A stretch of DNA of 55,122 nucleotides, the filler included, from Trypethelium eluteriae (taxonomy: Eukaryota): NCBI GenBank assembly GCA_051942245.1. It is 2 parts of 2 records of this genome, joined end to end, with 100 filler letters (N's around TTAATTAATTAA, not from the genome) between each part and the next. Parts side by side here need not be neighbours in the genome. Positions count along the whole stretch, not along the records: positions 27,630 to 55,122 come from JAVECL010000333.1; 1 more part is not named here. One strand, written 5' to 3'. The position numbers were made by a program, and so were the translations under genes. Shown piece after piece: positions 34,593-46,719 of this stretch. The notes under the pieces were generated by a model. It made no database searches and was not told the DNA's origin. It was given only the letters and a program-made list of their open reading frames with translations. Within the stretch, counting starts at the first letter, position 1. Every line of letters begins with the position of its first letter.

Positions 34593-35213
34593 ATGACCAA
34601 AAGCATTATCCTTATCTCTGCTTTGTTCACTTACATTACTTTATCGCTTGTGAGTTTCTTCCCCTGAAATTCAACTCTATGAAAAGTTGGCTAACTAATC
34701 TCGCAGGCGACTAACGCCCTAGCGAACATTGCACAAAGAGATGAAGTACACCGTTATATGCCCGGCAACTTCTCTGAAGTTGTCAACGCTATCGCCAAAC
34801 CTGATCATGGCGCTCTCTCTGTTGGTAATGACGGTGTGCTTCGTAGCTTCAGCAGCAATGGCACTGTTATGGATTTTTACTAGCTGGACCCGCATCAAGT
34901 TGCGGATTTCGCTAAGAAACAGCTTTCTGCTTGGCAGAAGAACCCATCAGAAGTCCCGGATTCGGTCAAAAAGCTAGCCAGTTCCCCCGAAGTTGACGGA
35001 CGACGTGTTACCGAGAAGGAAAAGATTTTCAACCCGCCTGAGAAGCCAAACTTTCCGACGAAATCTGTTTCGAAGCGTAGTAATCCTCTTCCAGTACCCC
35101 AACCACTACCGTCCTGTGCTGGTGCTGATTGCGGACATTTCTCTGACTGTGCGAGGCCATGTAATGCCTGCTTTTTTCCTGCTGGCCCTCCAGCAGGAAT
35201 ATGTTTGGTATGA
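34593..35213 (+). pseudogene. Secreted pre-pro-protein (signal peptide + GxDGVLRS domain + KR + 6-Cys peptide) with one in-frame TAG
   Basis: Not in the ORF track. Exon 1 34593-34649 MTKSIILISALFTYITLSL, intron 34650-34706 (GTGAGT...CTAAC...CAG), exon 2 ...LSVGNDGVLRSFSSNGTVMDFY*LDPHQV...VDGRRVTEKEKIFNP...VSKR SNPLPVPQPLPSCAGADCGHFSDCARPCNACFFPAGPPAGICLV*. TAG at 34881-34883; TATA at ~34455. Confidence 0.8.
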
Positions 35214-37104
35214 GAGAAAACTCTCTTTGTGGAATGGCAAATGCAAAGGGTGACCGCATCAGCTGGCTGATGGGGTACGACATCTTCCTTTGTTGAACAA
35301 ATCCGTGTTGGGGTTGAGTCTTGATCGACGCAGAAAGAAAGCGAGTGTGACGAACTTCCGATGTTAATGACTGCTGGCCAGTCTTGTGTCATTCATTTAT
35401 TGGCCGATTTAGACAGCTTAGGGAACAATGCTGGATCATTGTCAACTAGAAAATACCTTCTTTCATACTTCATTGATAATCCAGGGACATCCAGTCTCCA
35501 AAGACATTTTGTACTGTGTGAGATATGCCTCTATGATCTTGGCAATGATGACAAGTAAAAAGAGAAGCTTGCTGCTCTTCCCCAAAATGATCCAAACGGC
35601 TGCGAGCTAGTGAACAGAAACGGCACGGTATTAAGTTATGCAGGACGTCAATCTACTAGGTCGGATACTATGACTCGTCTAAACCCGAATCAAGAGCTCT
35701 CAAATGAGACACATCTCCTTTTTCTCTCCTTCCTACTTCTTGCTAAACGAAATTAGCTTACCTAGACGCTCAAATCTGTCTACTAGATTGACAAGAATGA
35801 ATGGAAAGTGATACATAACAAATTTCGTAGTCAGATTGTGACGCGGAAGCTATCCTGATCCATCTCTGTGCTGGCCAATAGATAGAGCAGGAAGTAAATC
35901 TATTATGACACTTGGCTGGAGGCTCATTGCTATATCGGGTTGTCCTGTTCTGAAACGCAAGTTCTAATCTTGCGCGTTAATTTTATATGGTTCGGCGTGG
36001 GAAGTACTGCAATATTTGATCTAGTTACTTGGCATGGTCGACTGCTGGAATAGGGCGTAATAGGGCTGATAGTTTTGGTACCATTTTCCCTGCAGAGCTG
36101 GGTCAAAACAGGCTTTCGCGGCTCGGACCAATAGAAAGTTCCGGGACATGGAGCTTGGACCCCAAGGTTTAGAAAGGGAGAGGATTCTATAAATCTATAG
36201 ATAAATCCGTATTAGGCTTAGACGAATCAATGCGCCAGCGGCTTGACCACGAACTAGCGTCCGTCGCTCTTGATAACATCAGAGACTTCTCTAGTAGGAA
36301 AAAACAAAATTCTTACCAAAAACTTACCTGACGCACTGATGGCGACCATGTCTAGGGCATATCATGTGCAATAGCAGCACCACATCTTGTTGAAATGCAT
36401 AACATGGGAATTTCTGTCGAGGACGCGCCCTGTTCTGTCTAGCTTCGGGTAAGATACCGTACCGCTCAAGGCAGACGCGAATACCTATAGAGATATTATT
36501 TCGAAAGATGGCGATGTGTGGTATTGCGGACGCCCCAAAGTTTTGGACAGTTTTGTTCAAGGACGATATTGCGAGCGCGGGAGGAAAGTAAATTGCTGGA
36601 TCGTGACAAACGCTAATGCGCGCAGTAGGTGGAGAAAAACTACAGTGGGTAGATTCAGAGACACTACTAGATAGAAGCGTTCCGAGTATCATGCTCTACA
36701 GAGCTATCGGTCGGGGAAAGTATGCAGGACTTGTTCGTACATTACGAACCTATACTGTTGGGTAGTATCGTGGAAAGCCATGTACGACACTAAGAGTAGC
36801 TCTTGGGATTTCAGTCCATGATTCTCTATTCCAATGGAAAGTTCATACTATGAGAAAATTGCGTCAGAGTCAAAGGTTGTGTATTGTTCATAAGTAGTTG
36901 ACGATGATACTCAGACCACACTATTGACTTCGCATGACGTGCCACGACCTCCAATTCCTCGACGAAGCGGCCTCTTCAAACGCTAATGATTGCACATAAT
37001 CATTTTCCTTCAGGTGTTGATGCAATGTCGACCCCAAGATGTATTCAGGATGTCTTCTCCGCGTCAACCGCACGCTTCGATCGAATGTGGAGCAGTCCTA
37101 TTCA

Positions 37105-38253
37105 TTACCGCTTCTCGAAAGCCGCTGGTGCTACAGCAACTACGACGACCAGGCTTGCTATGATTAATGCCATTGCAACGAAACTAATCAGCATGACACT
37201 CCCCCTACTGGCGGGAAACTTGCCCCGAATCACGTAATGCTGGCTTTCGAAATATCGATGGAAACCGACGCCCAGGACGAGGATTGCGACGGCTAAGAAG
37301 GTTGCGCCGAGGGGTTTTCCAACCTGGCGAAGATGGGAGGCGGCGAGGCTTAGCGATGGAGAGGAAGACGAACCGTCGGAGAAGGTAGTGTTGAGGCGGA
37401 AGAGCTGCGTTACGGCGATGCCTATAGAAGCAAAGGACAACGACGTTCGTAGCCAGGCCAAGAAGGTCCGCTCTGTCCCAACGACGCATCAGTACCGAGT
37501 CGCTTCCAGCCTAAGAGAGTTGAAATAGCGAATGGGTGGAAGCTTACCTAAAGCGAGATGATCTCTCGCAACCGCCCCCTTATTCTCCAACTCCACGCTC
37601 CCATACTTTTCCACCATCCTCTTCCACCAGCTCTCCCCCTCCGTCCCCACCTGTTCCCTCTCGCCTGCATCCTCCCTCCTTTGCTTCCTCCTTCTCACAA
37701 TTCCCTGCCCATTCGTGCTCGTACTTGTCCCACCTGCCCTTGCCCTCTCATCCGTCCCGTCTCCTAGAACCGGCTGCCCCACCCCGGCGCTCGCAGCTCC
37801 ATAGTCCCGTCTCTGAATTCGTTCTACAATCGCCGTATTCTCATCTGCGCTGCTCTCCCCACCCTGCTGCTGCTGCTCTTCTCCCGTCGGCGCCGTTGTG
37901 GTACCATATCGCAATGGAGAACCACGTCTCTGCGCGCCCCCACCGCCGGGCGAGACCGACATGGCCGTGTGCCACGATACACGACGTCTTGGCGCGGATC
38001 CGTCGTCTGAACCGTCGTTGTCGTCGGTATAAGGGACAAAAAGGGCTTGACGACTTGTGGCGCTGTTACTGCCCCGAGGATTCAGAAGACTGCTCTCTTC
38101 TCTTGGTGATCCGGTCGGAGACGAATTGGTGCTGTTTTGGGGATGCAATGCATCATTTTCGTGCCCTCGACGAACTTCATCACTGAACGAAATTCTGCCG
38201 GGATTGCTGCGGTGAATTGGGTCTAGATTCTGGGGTCGTGCCGGGGACGCCAT
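37105..38253 (-). CDS. DUF202 (YidH/VTC1-like) membrane protein
   Basis: ELENKGAVARDHLAL joined by intron 37473-37547 to ERTFLAWLRTSLSFASIGIAVTQLFRL; three hydrophobic helices; RYFESQ...GKFPASRG. Confidence 0.9.
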
Positions 38254-39205
38254 GCCAGGAGTGGTAGCGAAAGTGGAGGTGGTGAGGACGAGTGGGTCTG
38301 ATCCTTGTCTGCCCTGGCTCTAGGGCTCGGCGGGGGCATTATTGGCGGGCTTAGGGGAAGAATTGTGACGATACGAAGAGCTGGCGTTGAAATTATTTAT
38401 GACGCTTTTGATCGCGTTCCTGAGACTATTTGATGGCTTGCGGAAGGCTGCCGTCATTGGGGTCAGAGTTGACGTGCTCTTTCAGGCGATTACGGATCTG
38501 CGTAGGAGGCTGGCGCCTCCATGGTGGGGTATCTTTGACTTTTCACTTTTTGAACCTTGGACCCTCCACCAAAACCTTGTCTCCAGTGTTTGATCAAGAA
38601 CTCTTACTTACGTTGATCAGGCAAGCATTCAAAAGACGGCATGCAGCTGAACACATCGTAGCAATGTCTTCATACGCTCAGGCAGCATGACGTACATCAG
38701 GAGGTCGTACGTTTCCGAGATAGCCTTGGCCTCCATTCGTGTACTTAAATACAACTATTCCAGAGTACATTTCTCATCCCGTAAATCAGATGTCCTCGCC
38801 AGAAGAGACCATCGCAGCCGCATGATATACATAAAACCGTCAAAGCCATGGTCACTGCATCCACGACTTTGTCCCTTGCAAAAAGACCCAACGCCGGCGC
38901 TCTGAGAGGATCGATTCTTTCAAGAATCAAATCGAAAACATCCAGCAGAAAGAAGTGTACAAGAAGAACATTGAAGGGGAAGTGCTCGAACCAATTGCCC
39001 AAGACTCATTATAATTCTCCAATCAAGCTTCATAATAGAACCAAGTACGTTCAAAGAGAAATTGGTGTCGTCCGAGGGAAAGCCAGGCTGGCATCGACCG
39101 TGTCGTAATTGTCTTGGGAAATAGCCTGAGGTAGTGCTTGCGACGAAGCAGTCAAAAATCGAATTGCATGGAATTGAATCCGTTGAAAGCATCATTTGAG
39201 GCCGT

Positions 39206-40999
39206 TTACTGATCAAACCAAGCTCCATTCGAGAAATAGCCATATGGCTGTGAATGCGCGAACATATAGTCGACAGAATGCTGAGCATTGAGCATTTGTT
39301 GTAGAACTGTGTCAACAGCAGGAGAGATTGGTTCACTTTCATCGCTGTCTTCAGTAATCTTATCGCTCGCATGCTCAGGGACGAGTTCTTCAACTTCTTG
39401 CAGCCAACCGTGCTGCTTCAACCAGTCCATGGAAGGCCAGTCGCCGCCAGCCTTCCCGCCACGCTTCTCGTCACCTTTGCATTTTCGGCCTCGCTTGCGT
39501 GGTGCAAAATGTGCGCGACGGAGGTGAGCTGCTGCATTGTAGTACACACCATATCTTTTGCCAATTCTACAGGCTTTGCACTTCGAAAGGAAGCTCTTAT
39601 CTTCTGACTTATCAACTGTAACCCAGACTTTTCGCATTCTAGCATGAACACGCTCTGTATGACGACGGAGCTCATGCTCACCCCGGAACCCTTCTGGGTG
39701 ATCGTTGCAGTGCTTGCACATTATCTTGGGGTGTTGCGGGCGCACGTACGGTGCTCGTTTGATCGCAGCGACATGTTTCGATGTCCCATCATGCGACTCA
39801 ATACGAACCATTTTGTGCTCAGGTTGCTGCTGTAACGACGTTACGGCTTCACTATCTGATTTTGGGGCAATCGGTCGTGCAGCTTGAGCAATTTGCTCCT
39901 GGCGACGACGATGCGCACGGTTGCTCAGTGATGATTGAGAACCGTTGCTTTCAGAAGAAAGCGAACGGTCCATCTCCCCCATCGAGTCATTTAAAGGGAA
40001 AGAAGATTGCGCAGACAGAAGGTAAGGAAATTGACGTGAAGCGTATGCTTCATCGCCTGTAAAGTCGCAGTGACTAAGAAGATGAGATCGTTGACTCTCA
40101 GAGAAGGCAATGGGTGAGCCATTAGCCTTCTCGGAAGATGACAACGTGATGGGAGAGAGCTGCCCATCGAAACAATGATTTGAAAAAGAAGAAACGTTCG
40201 ACTGATTTCGAGCCATGTCAAATGCATCTTGGGAAGACGAAGCAGCAAGGCTGCTTTGTCGACTCAATTGACTGGTCAAAGTCGAGTCTGAACAGAGCTC
40301 CGTAGAACTAGGAGTACGTGGTGACAGCATATTGTCACTGGTACTCCAGCTCTGGGAGAAGAGCGAATCATTCTGCAAGCTATTCAAGTTGCTATGATCT
40401 GCCATTGTTAGTATATAATCTGATGGGTCGTCGTACACGTTCAGATCAGCAAATTGCGCCGATGATGATGTTTGCAGACCGGCTTGGTACAGTTGCGAGT
40501 CATGGGCGGTTGAGTCAAGAATGTAGTTGGGACTCGCGTTATCATACCAATCCACTCCTCTTGGTGCGTAATGGGAACCGAGAGTGAATTGGTCGTCAGC
40601 GACGGCGAAAGTGGAGGGCGTTCTTGACATTGACACGGCTGCCGGTGCCGACTGAACAGAGAGATCTTGACCTCTGTTCATCGAAGGAGGGAGAGCCTGA
40701 GCCTAGGGGAAGTTAGACCAAAACGCATCATGACAATCAGGCCAAGGAAAGATCCAGCATACGGAGCACTGTGGCGCAACCATCGAAAGATCGCAGGAAA
40801 CCGAGCGAGGTACGTTCGCTGGGCGCTGAGCGTTGTTCGACTGACAATTGATGCCAATCCGGGAACCCAGCTCTGCTTGTCTACAATTCCAGAGGTGTTG
40901 ACGTTCTTCCACGGGGAGATGAGCGTTTTCCGTCCAGATGTTTTGCTTCTCTCGAATAAGATGCTGGAGAAGAGGCTCGGATTCGGCGAGTTGAGCCAT
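39206..40999 (-). CDS. KLAP1 (key lime pathogenicity protein)-like zinc-finger protein, putative transcription factor
   Basis: Exon 1 40999-40763, intron 40703-40762, exon 2 with PYVRPQHPKIMCKHCNDHPEGFRGEHELRRHTERVH and KCKACRIGKRYGVYYNAAAHLRRAHF, followed by a basic NLS-like stretch. Confidence 0.75.
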
Positions 41000-41880
41000 G
41001 CCGAAAAATTGCCAAGTTTGACTGGTAGGTTTGAGGGTCCGTTGAGTGGTCGGCCAGGGAAGCCTTCAGCAAGCAACATCAGTCAGCAAGCAGAGTACTA
41101 GTGGTTCGAAACAATTCATTCTCTACATACACGTCGGTAGTAAAACAAATCTCAGAATAGTGTCAGAGTATCACAGTAGACAGCGCGACGATCTCTGAAG
41201 GGCGAGGCGAGCAGAAAGACGATGAAAAGATTGGGTCAAAGGGGCCCAGCACTGACTTAAGAGCGAGTCGGGCGCTGACAAGCATCACGGCTGCACTCCT
41301 AGCAGGATCAGCGCATTTCCCTGCGACTCCTACAGCTCGCGCCCGTGTCCCATCCGCAATCAGCATGAGGCAACCAATTGCAGCAGACTGAACAAGGAGC
41401 TTTGGTTTCTAGCCCATGTTCTCCTCCATCCGGCCGATGCCACGTCGTTAGCGCGGTTCACACCTCGAAGCTGCACCTGGCCGCATGGGGCAACCTCCTC
41501 CTCTGGCGTCACTTCAACTTCTCCGACTCGTCAGTCCGGCTTTCGTCGTCCTCTTACCACGATGCAGCCAGTGACTTCATTGCACCATGGATCGCGGAAG
41601 CTTTAGTCCCCACGAGCTTCACGTCCAGTCATCTCGACCTTGGCCGTTCAACACCCCAGCCTCTGATCTCCACAACCTGGACGTTGCATATCGTGGCTGG
41701 CTTGCGAACCACTAGCATCGAATGCACATTATAGTTCGCAACACTACGGAATGAATGTGCCAGCCACATTCATGGCCGAGAGGTAGTCGCGACACAGGTC
41801 AGAAGTGTACACACCAACAGACGAAAATTCTGTGTGAGAAGTCATTGCTAGAATGATGCCAGTGGGCCTGCTCCATTATC

Positions 41881-43281
41881 CTAGATAATAGACGTGAGCC
41901 GCCCAAGCGTGCTCATCTTGTACGGTCTCTTTTTGCTCGAGCTGTTGAACCTTTTTAGGGTCCCTGGAGTACCTTGGCCAGCCGATTTGGAGGCAGATCG
42001 GGTTCTCTCCGCGACGTCTAAGTGCAGCCGCGGCGGAGGTTCCTTTCGTCTGCTCACGGAAACGGATTCCACGACCGTAGGAACGACCTCGGCTATGACT
42101 GCCATTTCAACAGATGCTGCCCCTTGGCAAACAGTCTCCCACGAGGCCTCAGTCTCGGACATTCGGCATTCGATGCTGGACATATCCCACTCATGGAATT
42201 CTGGTCTAATGTCAAGTGATTCGAAGAAATCGACAATATCGTCAATCATCTCATCATCAATTGACTTTCGCGAGAAAGACGATCGTTGATCCCCCTCTTG
42301 TTCGACGACATCTTGGAATGCATACATCGAAGCAATTGATCCTTTGCGAGCAAGCACGTTTTGATTGAGTAGCTTGATGGGCCCCTGGAAGTATACGACT
42401 CGTTGCCAAGCTGTTTGTTCCGGGTGAACTACTGTAAGCACCGATCCACTCCGAAGCGGTAGAGCTGTTGTGTCCGGGTTTTTATCCGACTCGAAATTCT
42501 CTGATGTCGAGACGAGTGTGGAAGTCGGTGACAATGCTGATACCAACTCATTCGTACCAGTCGCTTTCGAAGTCACTAGAGAATCATTCTCCTTCTCGAT
42601 CATGGATTCGAGACTGTGATACATCTTGGTCGGGGTCTTCAAAACCGACATAGGTCTTTGAGGTACCTGTTTCGCTTTCTTGCTGTCAATTCTCTTTGGT
42701 CTGAAGATTTCCTTAGCAAACACAAAAGCAGGCTCTACAACATCTGGCACATCTTCTGTTGATTTTTCAATGGCACTTTCTGTCTGACTTGCCAATTCCT
42801 CGAACTTGACGATTCTCTGGGTAACGCTCGCGTTGGCATTGAGTACTGAAACTCTCATGTTGGTTCCCAAAGCGTTTGCATTTTGCTTTACCGCAGGAAG
42901 CTCGGAATCGTGCTGTATCTCTATCTTGGGATGCTCCTTGTTGTGGTCTATGACCCGTGGTCTATTTCTGCCCTTTGAACTTGATCTCAAATCTGAGCCT
43001 GAATTCGACCTTGATGTTTGGATACTCAAGGATCGCATGCGGGGAGAGAGTACTCTTTCTCTCCCAACCCACGGTCCTACGCCAGTGCGGGCAGTTGAGA
43101 TTTTGGGTAGAGACCCTATGGCTGGTCTGTTTGACCATCGTCGGCGCGACCCTTGCTTTCTCAATCTTGCGAAAGCCTCTGTAAGGTAAGCCTCGGAGAA
43201 GAATGTTGAGTTTCCAATACTCAATGGCGAAATTGTAGTGAAATGATTCGGAATAAAGAGCTCAGATTGCGGCCTTGCCAT
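41881..43281 (-). CDS. Hypothetical protein (466 aa, largely low-complexity)
   Basis: Long single-exon ORF with an ordered-looking block LPLRSGSVLTVVHPEQTAWQRVVYFQGPIKL and IDDIVDFFES. Confidence 0.7.
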   Translation of the reverse strand: MARPQSELFIPNHFTTISPLSIGNSTFFSEAYLTEAFARLRKQGSRRRWSNRPAIGSLPKISTARTGVGPWVGRERVLSPRMRSLSIQTSRSNSGSDLRSSSKGRNRPRVIDHNKEHPKIEIQHDSELPAVKQNANALGTNMRVSVLNANASVTQRIVKFEELASQTESAIEKSTEDVPDVVEPAFVFAKEIFRPKRIDSKKAKQVPQRPMSVLKTPTKMYHSLESMIEKENDSLVTSKATGTNELVSALSPTSTLVSTSENFESDKNPDTTALPLRSGSVLTVVHPEQTAWQRVVYFQGPIKLLNQNVLARKGSIASMYAFQDVVEQEGDQRSSFSRKSIDDEMIDDIVDFFESLDIRPEFHEWDMSSIECRMSETEASWETVCQGAASVEMAVIAEVVPTVVESVSVSRRKEPPPRLHLDVAERTRSASKSAGQGTPGTLKRFNSSSKKRPYKMSTLGRLTSII

Positions 43282-44008
43282 CTTTGAGATTGTTGCTCCT
43301 TAATCCTGCATATTTGCGATGCAATGACTTTCATGGGTAGATGTGTTGGAATTTAGGCAAGCTCAGCACGAACAGGATTGCATTCTGACATGCAGAAAGA
43401 GAGAGAGAGATATCTGGAATTCTTCGATACTTTGAATTTCAGCTGGGCAACATGTGGCGAAGTGACAAAGAAAGATCATTAAAAGAAAGAACAAGACTTA
43501 TTACCGAGAAACCCGGACCTGTCTTATTTTCATGCGTCTCATGACAAAACCAGCGAGATTCGAATTCCCTTAAGGATGAACCCCACTGCATACTTTTGTG
43601 ACGAGAGAGCTCATTAGTAGAAGGTTACTGGTGATACTAGTGTGGATTGAGTTTATCGACTACCATGATCTGAGAGCGGGAAGTTCTTTGTTGGCGGAAA
43701 GTTACTGCATTCCGGGATGGTACTACGGGGCACGGTACCCAGAAGTCGAGCATAAACAAAGATCAGTCCAGACCCACTCAAAATCATGCGATGTGATGAT
43801 TCGACTGGGACGCTCAATTAGAGCTCGATGATCTAGAAACAATGACCAAATTTTCTACAAAGTCAAAATTGTAAGGTAGTTTTACCATAAGGATCCGAAT
43901 GCTCTTTGAGTCTCGTAGAATCTGGAAGACTGTGTCTAGTCTACGATTACACACAATCTCTGTGCGTTAGCAGCAGGGCCACCAGCGGCATTAGTATACG
44001 CGTTTATG

Positions 44009-45860
44009 CTAGGGACGCTTTGGTCCTTTAGCTTTCCAGGCAGCTGCTCTGTTCGCGCCCCTTGTCTTTGGCCTGCCAGACTTTTGACCTTTACTCTTCC
44101 ATTTGCCTCTCGCAGCCAGCTTTAACCCGCTCGGTCTCTGAAGACTGCTTGCGCGATGACCCTCGAAAACGAAATTTTCAGGGCTTCTAATTCGGGTCGA
44201 AGAATCACCATTGATCTGGAACTGAGTCGTAGGCTCGCGGTTCGGTCCTGCTCGAGACCTCGACGATCTCCCACTCATGGCAGCTGCACCAGCCTTACCA
44301 AGCATCTTTCCAGCTCTTCCCACTAAACTACGCTGTAGTGAATCTGACTTTGAATTCCCGTCACGAGGCAATGTTCTAGCACTACCTTCCGCAAGGCTTC
44401 TCTGCTGGGATTTTGATTTTGTGGTAGCATTTCGTTTTATGCTCTTTGCTCGGGAGACGCGGAGTTTGCGGGGAAGTAAAGGTGGGAACTTCTTCCCATC
44501 GTACAGAAGTGCTTCTTCTACGGCATTTTCGTCCTATAAACTTCATGTGTTAGTGAGCTGTGGAAGCCTGGTCCCCTCCAGACAGCCGATTGAAGGATGA
44601 TGTGAAAAGTAACGACTCACAATAAATTGGACATAGGCAAATCCTTTCCCTACTCGTGTTTTGGCGTCTCGTATAACTCGAACGCTCTCCACGACACCGA
44701 CTTTGCCGAACTCCCGCCAAAGTCCTTCTTCCACGTCGCCAGGGCCGCTGCTCTTGGATTTATTTCTCTTGCCGCGGTGATCCTCATCGTCGCTATCCGC
44801 GGGTTTTGAAGAAGACTCATCATCCACGAAGCCCAAGTTGCCAACGAACACGCATCGTCGATGATCGACCTTTGCAGGATGGGCGACGAGGTCTGCGCGA
44901 AGGTGCCGGTCCAAGACAACGGTACCGTTCAGCGTCTTCGCTGCTTCACGAGCTGCACTTTGGCTTGTATAAACGACATAGGCGTTGGTGCTTTTTGTAG
45001 TGGCATCCATAACATCCTTTCTTGCGAACGCCCCTTTCTTGGGTACGCTACCACCGTAAGCAGTAGAACGGAATCGTAATGACTGTACTTTGTGAGCCCC
45101 TTGAGGCAGCGACGGAGACTGAAGGACAGTAGAAATATGGGTCATGAGAACACGACGTGCAGACTTCGATATTATGGCGGAATTGGATACATTCCCTAGG
45201 AAAACTGTGCGAGAAGCTTTCTCAATCTCAGAGTCTGCTTGGTCAGGCATCAGACTCTCATGTAGAGGTGGTTGATCCTCGCCACTTTCCACTTCCTCGC
45301 TGGCATCATCACCATCTTCATCCGCAGGGGAGCTACTTTTGCGCTCAGAATCTTCTGCCTCATTGTCTTGGCCGTCATTGGCAGAGCTGGTATTCATCGA
45401 CCTTTCTAAACGCAGTCGTTTCCTTGCCTGAGAATCCTCCCCGTCCATCTCACTGCTTCTCGCGTCTTGTGACAATCGCCTGAGATATGTGTCTTCGATT
45501 TCCTCTTGTTGCGTTCTTGACTTTCGCTTTCGACGTGAATGGCTCACCAGGGCATTTTCCTCCAGTTCTGGCGATGCTTGAGGGAAATCGGTCTTGGCAT
45601 TTGTCGGTCCATCGTTGACAGTTCCATCGGACTTCTGCGGAGAATAGGATATGGTTTGAGCAGAGTCTTCTTGCAGACGCGATTTCTGAGGTCTCTGTAC
45701 TGGGCCGGCCTAATGTATCTTAGTAGGAGTAATTTATTGAATGTTGCATGTGGTCTCGTACACTCGAGGCAAAAAGTGATGCTAGTACTGAATCCATTTT
45801 AGAATCCCCGGTATCAGCATGCGGAGCTTCTTCTCTAAGCTTTTGGGGTTTGGTCTTCAT
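44009..45860 (-). CDS. NOP12: Nucleolar protein 12 (two RRMs)
   Basis: [82 protein letters not shown]...[19 protein letters not shown]. Introns 45710-45761 and 44534-44620. Confidence 0.92.
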
Positions 45861-46719
45861 GATAGAAGCACGAATTACCACCCATTCCTGGCTCGCGAAT
45901 CACGGCTGGCCCAAAAGTTCAATATTGCTCAGAAATGTCGTAGGCGGTAAGCGCAGGTGGCAGAATCCGCGCGACGGTTGCCATCCCGCTTGCGACTGGA
46001 AAGCTGCGCAGATGATCCCTCGACCTCCACTACCACAACTCCTCAACACCTTTCAGCTCGATGCAAAGCCTGGGCTCTGCAGGTCTTTTCCCTAATCAAA
46101 TATATACCCGTCCTCGATCGATTACCTTAAGCAGCTCGACCTCTCTTACCGACCTAACTCCAACTGAGTGCATCACTCAGCGCACCTTGATCCCTGCTCC
46201 ACTCGCAGTACTTACGACCGACCCCAACTCAAGCCCCAGCACATGCGACTACTACCCACCTACTGTTCATGATTTGCCCAGAGAATATACGATAGTGGAC
46301 AAGGTGAGTGAGCATCTTCTTGTGCGTACTATGGGCGCACACCTGAGTTGAGCATTTGAAAAAAGCGAGTGGACGGTCGGAACACATCTGTATGCTTCTG
46401 CATCCTCTAAGAGCTGTTCACACCAAATATTCTCGTTCAAGGAATCGAACAACGGCTGAGTTTGTGATCAATTCCTCTCAACCTTGAGATTGGAGCGCTC
46501 AGGGCCCAAATCACCTCCACTCCGCATCTCGTGGACTGTGGTGAATTAGAGCGGCAATGGTCATGGAAACGTGCTGACCTTGTCTTCTCGATATATAGAA
46601 TCAATTTTTGGAACATATCACAACTGCCGATCCCAAACATCCCATCGAGATCCGTCGCTCCAGAAGACCGCGGACCCACCGAGCGTTTACCGTTGGTCTA
46701 GTCTCGTCGCGAACGACTC

